Below, piece by piece: positions 10,218 to 18,963 of a stretch of DNA of 37,703 nt. Numbering within the stretch: position 1 is the first letter of the stretch; every line of letters starts with the position of its first letter. Both the position numbers and the translations under genes were made by a program. Origin of the DNA: Dehalococcoidia bacterium (GTDB lineage: Bacteria; Chloroflexota; Dehalococcoidia; Lucifugimonadales; UBA3495); contig JASLXV010000089.1 of assembly GCA_030740155.1 (NCBI GenBank), forward strand, positions 1-37,703. The letters run 5' to 3'. The notes below the pieces were generated by a model. The model made no database searches and was not told the origin of the DNA. It worked only from the letters and a program-made list of their open reading frames with translations.

Positions 10218-11441
10218 TTGAGAGCCGAGATTCTTTCCATCGGCACCGAGTTGTTGATGGGCGAGCTGACCGACACCAACACTTCCTGGATCGCGGTCCG
10301 GCTGGCGCCCCTGGGAGTCCGGCTTCATCGGGCGTCCATCCTCGGAGACGACCTGGACGAGTTGTCGGAAGCCTTTTCCCGTGGGCTACAACGCTCCGAC
10401 ATCATCTTCACCACGGGCGGCCTGGGCCCGACCCAGGATGACCTGACCCGCGAGGCGGTCGCCAAAGCCCTGGGGGAGACCCTGGTGGTGCAACAAGAGG
10501 TGGTGGACGCACTGGAGCGGCACTTCCAGGCTCGCGGCACTCCAATGCCCTCTCACAACGTCAAGCAGGCCCACCTGATCCCCTCCGCGAGGTTCATTCC
10601 CAACCGCAACGGCACGGCCCCGGGCTGGTGGGTCGAACGGAATGGCAAGATCGTCATCTGCATGCCGGGCCCTCCCCGGGAGATGCAGGCCATTTGGGAA
10701 GAACAGGTGGCGCCCCAGCTTCGCCAGATCGCCGGAGACGAGGTGACGCTCACCAGAAACATCAAGACGATGGGCATGTCGGAGGGCGCGGTGGATGAGA
10801 TTGTTTCCGAGTTTTTTGGACGGGAGAACCCCTACCTGGGGATCTACTCCAAAGCCGACGGGATCCACCTGCGGATCATCGCCCGGGCCCGGAACACGGC
10901 GGCCGCCCAAGATCTGATCCAGCCTGTCGAGGAAGCCATCGTGGCCCGGCTGACCCCCTATATCTGGGGGTACGACGACGAGACTCCCGAGCAGTCCACG
11001 GGCCATGTCTTGAAGGAGCGGGGGCTCACCCTGGCCACGATGGAATCGTGCACCGGTGGATTTCTCGCCAACAGCATAACCGAGGTGCCGGATAGCGCCG
11101 CGTATTTCAGAGGCGGCGTGGTGGCCTATACCAACCCGGTCAAAATCGCCAACGGCGTGCCGGAAGCGACCATCGAGAATCACGGCGCGGTGAGCCAGCA
11201 GACCGCCACCGCCATGGCCCGGGCGATCCGCGAGAAGCTGGGCGCAGACTTCGGCATCGGGATAACCGGCGTGGCGGGGCCCTCGGAGCAGGAAGGCAAG
11301 CCGGTCGGCCTGGGCTACCTGTCCGTCGCCGGCCCAGTTGAAGTCAGGGAGATGGAGCTTCGGCTGCCCCCGCGCCAGGTGGTCATCAAGCGCCGGCTTT
11401 CCAACCAGGCTCTGATCGAGCTGCGGAAACTGCTGGCCTAG
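10218..11441 (+). CDS. cinA: CinA (MoCF-like domain plus PncC NMN deamidase domain)
   Basis: AEILSIGTELL.G...DTN, TGGLGPTQDDLT, GTAPG, PGPP.EM, ESCTGG, GAVS, GITGVAGP. TTG start after GGAGG. Confidence 0.92.
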   Translation: MRAEILSIGTELLMGELTDTNTSWIAVRLAPLGVRLHRASILGDDLDELSEAFSRGLQRSDIIFTTGGLGPTQDDLTREAVAKALGETLVVQQEVVDALERHFQARGTPMPSHNVKQAHLIPSARFIPNRNGTAPGWWVERNGKIVICMPGPPREMQAIWEEQVAPQLRQIAGDEVTLTRNIKTMGMSEGAVDEIVSEFFGRENPYLGIYSKADGIHLRIIARARNTAAAQDLIQPVEEAIVARLTPYIWGYDDETPEQSTGHVLKERGLTLATMESCTGGFLANSITEVPDSAAYFRGGVVAYTNPVKIANGVPEATIENHGAVSQQTATAMARAIREKLGADFGIGITGVAGPSEQEGKPVGLGYLSVAGPVEVREMELRLPPRQVVIKRRLSNQALIELRKLLA

Positions 11442-11507
11442 GGATAGAGTACTGTCTGGCTCATGGCTTTTCGGCGGGGGATTTTGCGACAACTCCTACC
11501 CGCCATT

Positions 11508-11712
11508 GTCTCTCCAGCGAAAACCGGAACCCAGAGAAGGTTGGCTGGATCCCGGCCATCACCGGGATGACGGACGGGGGTATCAAACCATTCTCGTAGA
11601 CAGCCTCACTTCAGTGAAAATTCGCCACACTCCCTCCCCGCCCCCGTCTTTCCGGCAAAAGCCGGAATCCAGAGAAGCGTTGCCGGGCTCCCGGCCTTCG
11701 GCGGGATGACGG
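11508..11712. repeat. Two copies of a ~66-nt REP-like double-hairpin element
   Basis: 11508-11573 and 11644-11712 align: GTC.TTCCGGC.AAAGCCGGAA.CCAGAGAAG...CCCGGCC..C..CGGGATGACGG; the second copy has CCGTC/GACGG terminal inverted repeats. Confidence 0.8.
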
Positions 11713-11953
11713 ACCGGGCGCCAGGCCAATTGCGAAATACCAGACCTCTCAAAACGCTACAAGGCTGGTTAGTATACAGTTTCTCAGGTTTTGGCGTTAG
11801 AACCCGTCATCAGTTTGTCCAATGCATCAGGAATAAGCAAGCAGGCTGGAAACAGGTGGGAAACCGGGAGATTCCGCCCCGGCTGCCGGACGCGGGGCGG
11901 AAAATCGTGTCGAAACGGCGGACCGACCACTCGGGGCCGGAACGCCGAGTAGA

Positions 11954-14900
11954 TTACGAGGTGAGCTTCCGGTAGAGCATCGGCAGCCGTTCGGGCAAGG
12001 CCCAGATATCGCCGAGCACCTCGTACCCCATGTCGCCGCACATGCTCTTTAGATAGTCATGCCCGGCCTTGTCCACCGTGAGGCAGAAGGGGACGATCTG
12101 CTTGCGCCTGGCCTCGATCAGGGCCATGTGGGTGTCGTGGACCGCGTACTCTTTCTCCACGCCTTCCCGGCTGTAGCCCCGGTCCTGGGGACGCCCGTCG
12201 CTGATCAAGAACATGATCTTGGTGGTGGCGTCCTGGTGCTCCAGCTTGCTGGTGGCGTGGCGGATGGCGGCCCCCATGCGAGTCGCGTGCAGGGGCGTAA
12301 CCTTATCGAGCCGGCGCTTGATCTTTTCTCCGAAACTCTCATTGATGTCTTTGATGACGTAGAACTCGACGTTCTCTCGGCCGTAGCCGGAGAAGCCGTA
12401 GATTCCATAGGTGTCGCCGATGGACTCCAGCGCGTTGATCAGCAGGGCCGTGCTCTCTTTCTCCAGATCGATGATGCGTTTGTAGTTGCGGCGAACCAGC
12501 CCTTCCCGGCGGCGGCGAAGCCAGACCATGTATTCAACCGGGTCGTCCGGGGCGTCCCGGTCGTCCACGGTCTGGCGTCCTTCGTCGATGGCCTCGGCGG
12601 TGGAGGCGCTCATGTCCAGCAGGAACACCACGGCCACGTCTCGGCGCGCCCGGTTGCGCTGCCAGTAGATCTTTTCATCGGGAGGCAATTTCATTCGCAG
12701 GTCGGCCCATGCCTCGAGGGCGGCGTTCAGGTCGAGGTCCTCGCCATCGGTCAGCCGGTAGATCTTCCGGAAGCTCTCCGGCATTATCAACTCGAACTGG
12801 CGTTTGATGTGGTGCGAGAGGGTCATGTAATTCTTCAAGGAGTCGTTGTAGAAGTTCGAGTCTCCTTCTTCTACGAGTTTCTCCTTGACGATGCACCACC
12901 TGGGTTTGTAGTCGGCGGCCCGGAAATCCCACTCGTCATAGGCGTAGGTCTGGGGTTCCTTGGGCTCCAGCTCGCCGCCCTGGTCGTCATCGTGCAGCAG
13001 GGGGCCGTAGCCCTGTCCGGGCTTGGAATCGGGCGGAGGGGTGCCGGCTTCTTTCATCAGGTTCTGGGCGAACATAGTCATGCTGGAGTCGATATCGCCC
13101 TGCTCGGCATCCAGCTCCAGCTCGGCACTCTGCTGCAGCAGTTGCTCCAGCATCTCCTGGGAGATAGGCTGGCTCTCACCCTGCTGGTTCGGGTCCATCT
13201 GCAGTCTGGCCAGGAGTTGGACCATTTCAGGCTTGAATTCGCCTCGGTAGTCCACCGGCTCCGACGATTCATAGTCCTGGCTTTCGCCGCCTTCCCCGGA
13301 GGCTTCCATGCCGGCTTGAAGCTGGTCCAAGAGGGCCTGGAGGTCTTCCTCGGAGAAATCGCCCGGCTCTTCCAGGTCCTGCTCCTCCCACTGGTCTTCC
13401 GGCTGGGTCTCGTTCTGAATGCGGGAGATAATCTCGTAGGCCCGAAGGGTGGCCTCCCCGGTGTCTTCCACCGTTGCCAGGGCCGTCCGCAGTTGGTGCA
13501 GGATGCGGGACAGCATGGTCGCGGCGTCTTCGTACTCTTTGGGCACGGGCAGGCCGGTGAACTGCTCCAGGCTCATGTGAACCAGTAGCTCCACCATGGC
13601 CTCTTGGAGGGCCATTTCCTGTATCTTGGGGCGGGTGGCCAACGCCTCGGACTGGACCTTGCCGGCCGACTTCCGGATGCCGGGGTATTCCACGCTGATG
13701 CGGTAATCCAGGCGACAGTCCTCCAGCACCGTAAAAATGTCGAAGGCCAGGCGCCGGTTCTCGAACAGGTGCAAAAAGCGCCCGATGGAGGTGAGGGGAT
13801 CAGTCGCTTCGGCTTCGGCTTCGGCTTCGCCCTCCGCCTGCCCCGGGGCCGCCGGCAGCTCCTTCGTCCCGGATTCCAGATCGAAGCGACGGTCGGTAAA
13901 CTGGGTGGCCGGGGAATCGAAATCGAAGAGGAAACTACCGAACTCCAAGTGGCCCACCTGGTGGGTAGAGACCACTTTAAACCAGGAGAAGTTCTCCTGC
14001 TTGTCAGCGTAGTGGTCCACCACCGGCGGCAAGAACACTTTGGTACCGTCGGTTGAAGCCGAGTCTTCATCCACCCAACCGATGTTCTTGCTGACCAGCT
14101 CGTGGGTGTTGAATATCTCCACCGCGGAGCCGGAGAGGGCCCGGCAGTACAGGCGGATAATGCCTTTAACCCGCTCTAGCTCCAGGCTTGAGGACAGGGT
14201 TTCCAGCAAGGCTTCAGAGGTGTTGGACTCTATCTTGAAGAAGGCGATGCCGCTCTCCGGGTTCTCCTTCAGCAGCCCGACGCCGCGTTGGAACCAGCTG
14301 TCGAGTTGGTTGACCGTGATGCGGTCCAGGACGTCGGTCAAGCTCTTCAGGAAGGGAGGGACCGCGTCGGGAGAAACCGCCAGCAGCGTCTCGCACAGGT
14401 CCAGGACATAGCCCTGGGACCCTTGAGGGACGCGGCTCAAGGCCAAGGTGCCGTCCGCCAGGAAGCGAGAGGTGTCCCGCATTCCCACCTTGGCCAGCCG
14501 CTCCCCAAGCTTGAGGAAGCGGCCCGTCTGGCCCTCGTCGACCTGCTGTAAGGCGCGGGGCACCATCTCCAGGCAGGTCTTGACCTCCCGCCAGCTACTG
14601 TCGATCAAGGCGCGTGACATGGACAGGAAGGGCTCCCGCTCCCGCCCCATGGCGGGCAGGACATCCCGGCCCAGAAGCAGACATTCTCCGGCCACGTCGT
14701 AGGACTTGTAGGAGAGGGCTTCGATGAGGGAAGCGAACACCTCCACGTCCCAGAAGGGCAGGCTACGGATCAAGTCCGGGCTGACCTCGAAGAACTTGGC
14801 GGCCAGGGTGCTGGACTTCCAGGTGCCCTTATACAGGCTTCGGCCCAGCCCAGCCCAGCGAGGAATGTACTGAGGCCGCAGGTTGGGCACGATGGACGAG

Positions 14901-15214
14901 CTGGCGCGGAAGAAGGCGACCGCCAGGGTGGGGGAGTCTTGGGCCAAATAGGTGCCGCACCGGGCCCACTGCATGAAAGAGGGGAACGAGAGGAAACGGG
15001 CCACCTCTGGGCTGGCCCGGTAGTACTCGACCGCGGATTCCCAGGAGCGGACCGTCTGGAGCCCGATAGACAGTCCTTCCTTGGCCCACAGGGTTAACTC
15101 TTCTCCGCCGAAAGCCGATTCGAGCGAAGGCGTGGCATCATTGCAAGCTTCCAAGACTGCCGGGGGGAGCTTGGCGAGTTCCTTCTCAATCTCCGCCAGA
15201 GGAGCCGTACTCAA
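11954..15214 (-). CDS. Large CbbO/NorD-like von Willebrand A (VWA) domain protein
   Basis: C-terminal MIDAS DMSAST, TRMGAAIRHA, ISDGRPQD; YDEWDF..DY; DGEDLDL; long helical N-terminal region and acidic linker. Confidence 0.85.
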   Translation of the reverse strand: MSTAPLAEIEKELAKLPPAVLEACNDATPSLESAFGGEELTLWAKEGLSIGLQTVRSWESAVEYYRASPEVARFLSFPSFMQWARCGTYLAQDSPTLAVAFFRASSSIVPNLRPQYIPRWAGLGRSLYKGTWKSSTLAAKFFEVSPDLIRSLPFWDVEVFASLIEALSYKSYDVAGECLLLGRDVLPAMGREREPFLSMSRALIDSSWREVKTCLEMVPRALQQVDEGQTGRFLKLGERLAKVGMRDTSRFLADGTLALSRVPQGSQGYVLDLCETLLAVSPDAVPPFLKSLTDVLDRITVNQLDSWFQRGVGLLKENPESGIAFFKIESNTSEALLETLSSSLELERVKGIIRLYCRALSGSAVEIFNTHELVSKNIGWVDEDSASTDGTKVFLPPVVDHYADKQENFSWFKVVSTHQVGHLEFGSFLFDFDSPATQFTDRRFDLESGTKELPAAPGQAEGEAEAEAEATDPLTSIGRFLHLFENRRLAFDIFTVLEDCRLDYRISVEYPGIRKSAGKVQSEALATRPKIQEMALQEAMVELLVHMSLEQFTGLPVPKEYEDAATMLSRILHQLRTALATVEDTGEATLRAYEIISRIQNETQPEDQWEEQDLEEPGDFSEEDLQALLDQLQAGMEASGEGGESQDYESSEPVDYRGEFKPEMVQLLARLQMDPNQQGESQPISQEMLEQLLQQSAELELDAEQGDIDSSMTMFAQNLMKEAGTPPPDSKPGQGYGPLLHDDDQGGELEPKEPQTYAYDEWDFRAADYKPRWCIVKEKLVEEGDSNFYNDSLKNYMTLSHHIKRQFELIMPESFRKIYRLTDGEDLDLNAALEAWADLRMKLPPDEKIYWQRNRARRDVAVVFLLDMSASTAEAIDEGRQTVDDRDAPDDPVEYMVWLRRRREGLVRRNYKRIIDLEKESTALLINALESIGDTYGIYGFSGYGRENVEFYVIKDINESFGEKIKRRLDKVTPLHATRMGAAIRHATSKLEHQDATTKIMFLISDGRPQDRGYSREGVEKEYAVHDTHMALIEARRKQIVPFCLTVDKAGHDYLKSMCGDMGYEVLGDIWALPERLPMLYRKLTS

Positions 15215-15215
15215 C

Positions 15216-15803
15216 TCAGTGTTCCCCCTTTTCTAGGCCGTCCGCCAAAAGTTCCAGGAATTGTTGCAGGATCTTTGCCGTAGCGCCGAACACCAGGTGT
15301 TCCTTATAGGTGTAGGCGTAGTTGGTGACCAGGGTGCCCTTATCCCAGCGGGTTTCCACGCGGAGGTTGGCCGGATCCTGCAACGAAGAGATGGGGACCT
15401 CCAGCACCTCGGCGATCTCGACGGCGCTGGGTTTGAACGGGTAGGCAGGACGAATTTCGCCGACGAAGACCTTTACGCGAAAATGGCTTCGGGTGGTGAC
15501 TTCGTCCAACTCGCCCAGGACGGTGACGTCGGCCCGGTTGATTCCCATCTCCTCTTCCGTCTCCCGAAGGGCGGTGTCGAGGAAATCGTTGTCTTCCGGG
15601 TCCCGGACCCCGCCGGGGAAAGAAATTTCACCCTTATGGTACTCCACCTGCTCGGAGCGCTTGTTGAGCAGGATGCAGTATTCGCCATCCTTTGGGTAGA
15701 GCAACAACAGCACCGCGGCTGGTGTCAAAGAGGCGCCGGCAACAGATTGTGAAACCCGGCTTGCCAACATCTTTCGGACGGCGTCCGGAGGGGATAAGGC
15801 CAT
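15216..15803 (-). CDS. Nudix hydrolase, CoA pyrophosphatase (NudL/PCD1) type
   Basis: AAVLLLL, LLNKRS...HKGEISFPGG, Nudix box ALRETEEEMGI, FGATAKIL. Confidence 0.88.
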   Translation of the reverse strand: MALSPPDAVRKMLASRVSQSVAGASLTPAAVLLLLYPKDGEYCILLNKRSEQVEYHKGEISFPGGVRDPEDNDFLDTALRETEEEMGINRADVTVLGELDEVTTRSHFRVKVFVGEIRPAYPFKPSAVEIAEVLEVPISSLQDPANLRVETRWDKGTLVTNYAYTYKEHLVFGATAKILQQFLELLADGLEKGEH

Positions 15804-15811
15804 GCAAACCT

Positions 15812-16705
15812 CTACTCGAAGATGGAGGAAACCACCTCTTCAATACTCCGCTGCAACTCCACCTCGTCGGTCAAGGTCCACACGATCGCCACCTGGCAAG
15901 CCCGGCGAGCCTCGATACCCTCGGACATGAGACGGGCGGCGTAGATGAGCAGCCGGGTGCTGGCCCCTTCCTGGAGGCCGTGCTCCTGCAGGTTGCGTAT
16001 CTTCTCGCCGAGCTTCGCCAGGGCGTCGGCTTCCGCCGCGCCGCAGCCGCTCTCCTGCCGGATGATCTCAGCTTCGATGTCCCTGGGGGGATAGTTGAAC
16101 TCGATAGAGATGAACCGCTGCCGGGTGCTGTGCTTCAGGTCTTTCAATGCGCTCTGATAACCAGGGTTATAGGAGATGCAAAGGAGGAAGCGGTCGTCGG
16201 CTTCGATGATCGATCCTGTCTTCTCCACCGGCAAGATTCGCCGGTGGTCGGTGAGGGGGTGGATCAGCACGGTGGTGTCTTTCCGCGCCTCCACGACTTC
16301 GTCCAAGTAAAGGATGGCCCCCGTTTTGACCGCGCGGGTCATCGGTCCGTCGATCCAGCGGGTGCCCTCGGCGTCCAAAAGGTACCGGCCCACCAGGTCG
16401 CTGGCGGTGAGGTCCTCGTGGCAGGCGATGGTGACCAACGGGACCCGGACCTCTCCTTCCCGGACCTCTTGTCTGTTTTTTCCCTTGACCGTCGTGATTG
16501 GCCGGCCCAGTCTCCAGGCCATGTACTCCACGAAGCGGGTCTTGCCGCAGCCCGTGGGCCCCTTCAGCAACACCGGAATGTGCTGATTATAGGCCGCGGT
16601 GAACAGCTCGAGTTCGTCCCCCACCGTGCGGTAGTAGGGCTCGCTGCGAACCAGGAACTCCTCGATTGCGTACTCTTTGTAAGTCGGGTCGACGGTCTTT
16701 ACCAT
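15812..16705 (-). CDS. CbbQ/NirQ/NorQ-family MoxR AAA+ ATPase
   Basis: PVLLKGPTGCGKTRFVEYMA, ACHEDLTASDLVGRY, YLDEVVEARKDT, HPLTDHRR, SYNPGYQ, STRLL. ATG overlaps the coaE stop (TAATG). Confidence 0.92.
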   Translation of the reverse strand: MVKTVDPTYKEYAIEEFLVRSEPYYRTVGDELELFTAAYNQHIPVLLKGPTGCGKTRFVEYMAWRLGRPITTVKGKNRQEVREGEVRVPLVTIACHEDLTASDLVGRYLLDAEGTRWIDGPMTRAVKTGAILYLDEVVEARKDTTVLIHPLTDHRRILPVEKTGSIIEADDRFLLCISYNPGYQSALKDLKHSTRQRFISIEFNYPPRDIEAEIIRQESGCGAAEADALAKLGEKIRNLQEHGLQEGASTRLLIYAARLMSEGIEARRACQVAIVWTLTDEVELQRSIEEVVSSIFE

Positions 16706-17316
16706 TATGCGTGTGCTATCCTTTTTTTGACTCTGCTGTCCCACAGGCTGTTGATTGTTTTCTCCAGTTGGGCCATGTCTCCGGAATTATCCACGACCAC
16801 GTCGACGAGGGCTAACCGCTCCGACCGGTCCATTTGGGAACCCAGGCGTTTGAGCACTTCTTCTTCGCTCATCCCATTCCTGGCCTGGAGCCGCTGAATT
16901 ACAACATCGACGGGAGAGTCGGTGGCCCAGATTTCTTCCACCAGCGAGTCCCACCCCGCTTCCAACAGTATCGCCGCTTCCACCACCGCCACCTGGACCT
17001 CCCCGGAGCGCAAGTCATCGAGTTTGTCCACTATCATAGCCGCAATTCGCGGGTGCATGATCCGGTTCAACTCGGCCAGCCGCTCCGGGTCTGAGAATAC
17101 GATGCCGCCTAATTTCCGGCGGTCGATCTCGCCGCTGTCCTGGAGTATTTCTTCCCCAAAAGCCTCTACGACCGCGCGCAAACCTTCGGAGTTCGGGAGG
17201 TACGCTTCGTGGCCAACCAGGTCGGCGTTGATCAAGACCGCGCCCAAGCCTTGCATCAATTCGGACACTACGCTCTTGCCGGATCCGATGCTACCGGTCA
17301 ACCCAATGACTAACAT
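16705..17316 (-). CDS. coaE: Dephospho-CoA kinase
   Basis: IGLTGSIGSGKS, ADLVGH, IDRRKLGGIVF, LNRIMHP, SQM, VDNSG. Confidence 0.93.
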   Translation of the reverse strand: MLVIGLTGSIGSGKSVVSELMQGLGAVLINADLVGHEAYLPNSEGLRAVVEAFGEEILQDSGEIDRRKLGGIVFSDPERLAELNRIMHPRIAAMIVDKLDDLRSGEVQVAVVEAAILLEAGWDSLVEEIWATDSPVDVVIQRLQARNGMSEEEVLKRLGSQMDRSERLALVDVVVDNSGDMAQLEKTINSLWDSRVKKRIAHA

Positions 17317-17569
17317 GCTTTCACCGGAAATTGCACCCTGGCCTCCCTTGTGCCGGCCGGAATAAGCCCACGGCGGGCTTTGTCCGGCCTATTCGGCTCT
17401 CCAACAACTGAGCCATTCTACCAATGAGAATTGTGGTGGTCAACATTATTCGCGCGGGTTTAGGAAATCAGGGCCGGTCCGTTGTCCAGCCGGCGTGGGC
17501 TGAGAATAAGGCAGCGCGCTGACCGGAACCCCGGTACGTCCGAGGATTTCTGGGCTCTCGGGAGCCGGC

Positions 17570-18220
17570 TCAGGCGTCGATTTGGATCTCCCCCCAACGG
17601 GACCGGTAGATGTCCTGCAAATCTTGGAATTTCTGATCGTACTCTTCGGTTTCGATGGGGCAGGTCGTCATTATAACCGCGTCTTCCCGGTTATCGGAGT
17701 AGTAGGCCCTCCGAAGACCCACTTCCTCGAATCCGTATTTCTCGTACAGCTTTTGAGCGACGAAGTTCGAGACCCGAGCCTCTAGCGTCATCACCCTGGA
17801 GCCGTACTCCACCGCCGCCCGGAGCGAGCCGATGAGCAGAAGCTCGCCGATGCCCCGGCCCCGGAGTTCCTCTCGCACCGCGATCTCGGTGATATGAGCC
17901 TCATCCCCCTGATACCAGACGCTTACGTACCCGGCCAGCGATGAGGCCTGGGTACCGCCGGACCGTCCCCGGCGCACGAGATTCCCGACGCCGCGGAGCA
18001 GATTGCCCCAGGGGTAGGAGGCATCCCGCCCGGTTTCGGCTTCCGAGGGAGCCGGGTCCGTGGTCTCCGGGTCGATGCAGGCCACCAGGTAGCTGGCGTA
18101 GCGGTTGTTGAGGTCCCGTTTGAAGGGGGTGCTCGTCCAGAGAGGGGAAAAAGCCTCTTTCTCGATCTCGACAACCTGGGTGATATCTTCGGCACGCAAG
18201 CGCCGGACCATGACGTTCAT
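17570..18220 (-). CDS. rimI: Ribosomal-protein-alanine N-acetyltransferase (GNAT)
   Basis: EAHITEIAV, RGRGIG, LEARVSN..AQKLYEKYGF, RRAYYSDNREDA; contains a ~40 aa internal insertion. Confidence 0.85.
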   Translation of the reverse strand: MNVMVRRLRAEDITQVVEIEKEAFSPLWTSTPFKRDLNNRYASYLVACIDPETTDPAPSEAETGRDASYPWGNLLRGVGNLVRRGRSGGTQASSLAGYVSVWYQGDEAHITEIAVREELRGRGIGELLLIGSLRAAVEYGSRVMTLEARVSNFVAQKLYEKYGFEEVGLRRAYYSDNREDAVIMTTCPIETEEYDQKFQDLQDIYRSRWGEIQIDA

Positions 18221-18416
18221 GGGCCGTCCAGTTCCACCTTTCTTGGAAAGATCATTCTACCCTTGGGCCAATGATTTTAACACAACCCGCGCGGTTAGCA
18301 GCTATGGAACAGCAGCCGAACCCTATATACTAGCGGGGCGGATGCCACGAAACGGTGGCGCGCGCAGGCTGCGGAGGGCCGGCATCGGCCGGTGGGCCTG
18401 CCGCCGGAGATAGGAG

Positions 18417-18962
18417 ATGACCGTTCCACTCTATTGGCGAAGAAAGACCCGGATAGCGGCGCTTGGCTTCGCCGTCTTGATGGGCTTGTTGATAGCGTGC
18501 GGCGGCGAGGAAGCGACACCCACCCAAGTGGCAACTGCCGGGCCCGCTTCGACCCTTTCGCCCACGGCAACTACCGCGCCGACCAGCGCACCCGCTACCG
18601 CGACGGCTCCTGCACCTACCCCTACTGCCCGGCCCCTTTCGACGCCTTCGCCGCCGGCCGCCAGCCCGGTTCCCACGCCTGGCCCGACCCTTATCCCTCA
18701 GGCCGCGGAGCTGGGACTTGAGGTTACGTCTCCCTTGGGAGACGCAGTGGTGACCTCCGGTTCGGTCAAAGTGGCGGGACTGACCTCACCCGACGCCACG
18801 GTCAGCGTCAATGGGATCCTGGTCACGCCCGACAGCCAGGGCCGTTTTACCATCGACCTGCCGATATCTCTACAGGAGAATCCAATGTCGATCGAGGTCA
18901 TCGCCACGTCGGTGGCCGGCGAGCGACGGTCGGTGGTCCGAACGGTAATCTTCATTCCTTGA
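18417..18962 (+). CDS. Putative lipoprotein with Pro/Thr/Ala linker and C-terminal Ig-like domain
   Basis: Lipobox LIAC, long P/T/A-rich linker, then LEVTSP...V.G.T.PDATVSVNG...G.F; RBS GGAG. Confidence 0.7.
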   Translation: MTVPLYWRRKTRIAALGFAVLMGLLIACGGEEATPTQVATAGPASTLSPTATTAPTSAPATATAPAPTPTARPLSTPSPPAASPVPTPGPTLIPQAAELGLEVTSPLGDAVVTSGSVKVAGLTSPDATVSVNGILVTPDSQGRFTIDLPISLQENPMSIEVIATSVAGERRSVVRTVIFIP

Positions 18963-18963
18963 C

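Noticed and set aside
11508..11712. CRISPR array
   Set aside because: Only two long, diverged palindromic copies, no regular repeat-spacer period and no cas genes.
12059..13588. Long + strand ORF (509 aa) and similar antisense ORFs such as 15692..16897, 4102..5115 and 10386..11492
   Set aside because: They are shadows of well-supported genes on the opposite strand in high-GC DNA and show no recognisable motifs.
13806..13829. (GCTTCG)4 microsatellite as a phase-variation tract
   Set aside because: The unit is 6 nt and encodes an EAEAEAEA linker, so slippage would not shift the frame.
18209..18235. GGAACT...CGTCAT on the minus strand at the rimI start
   Set aside because: Spacing is 2 nt shorter than in the matched ECF motifs and it overlaps the start codons; likely chance.
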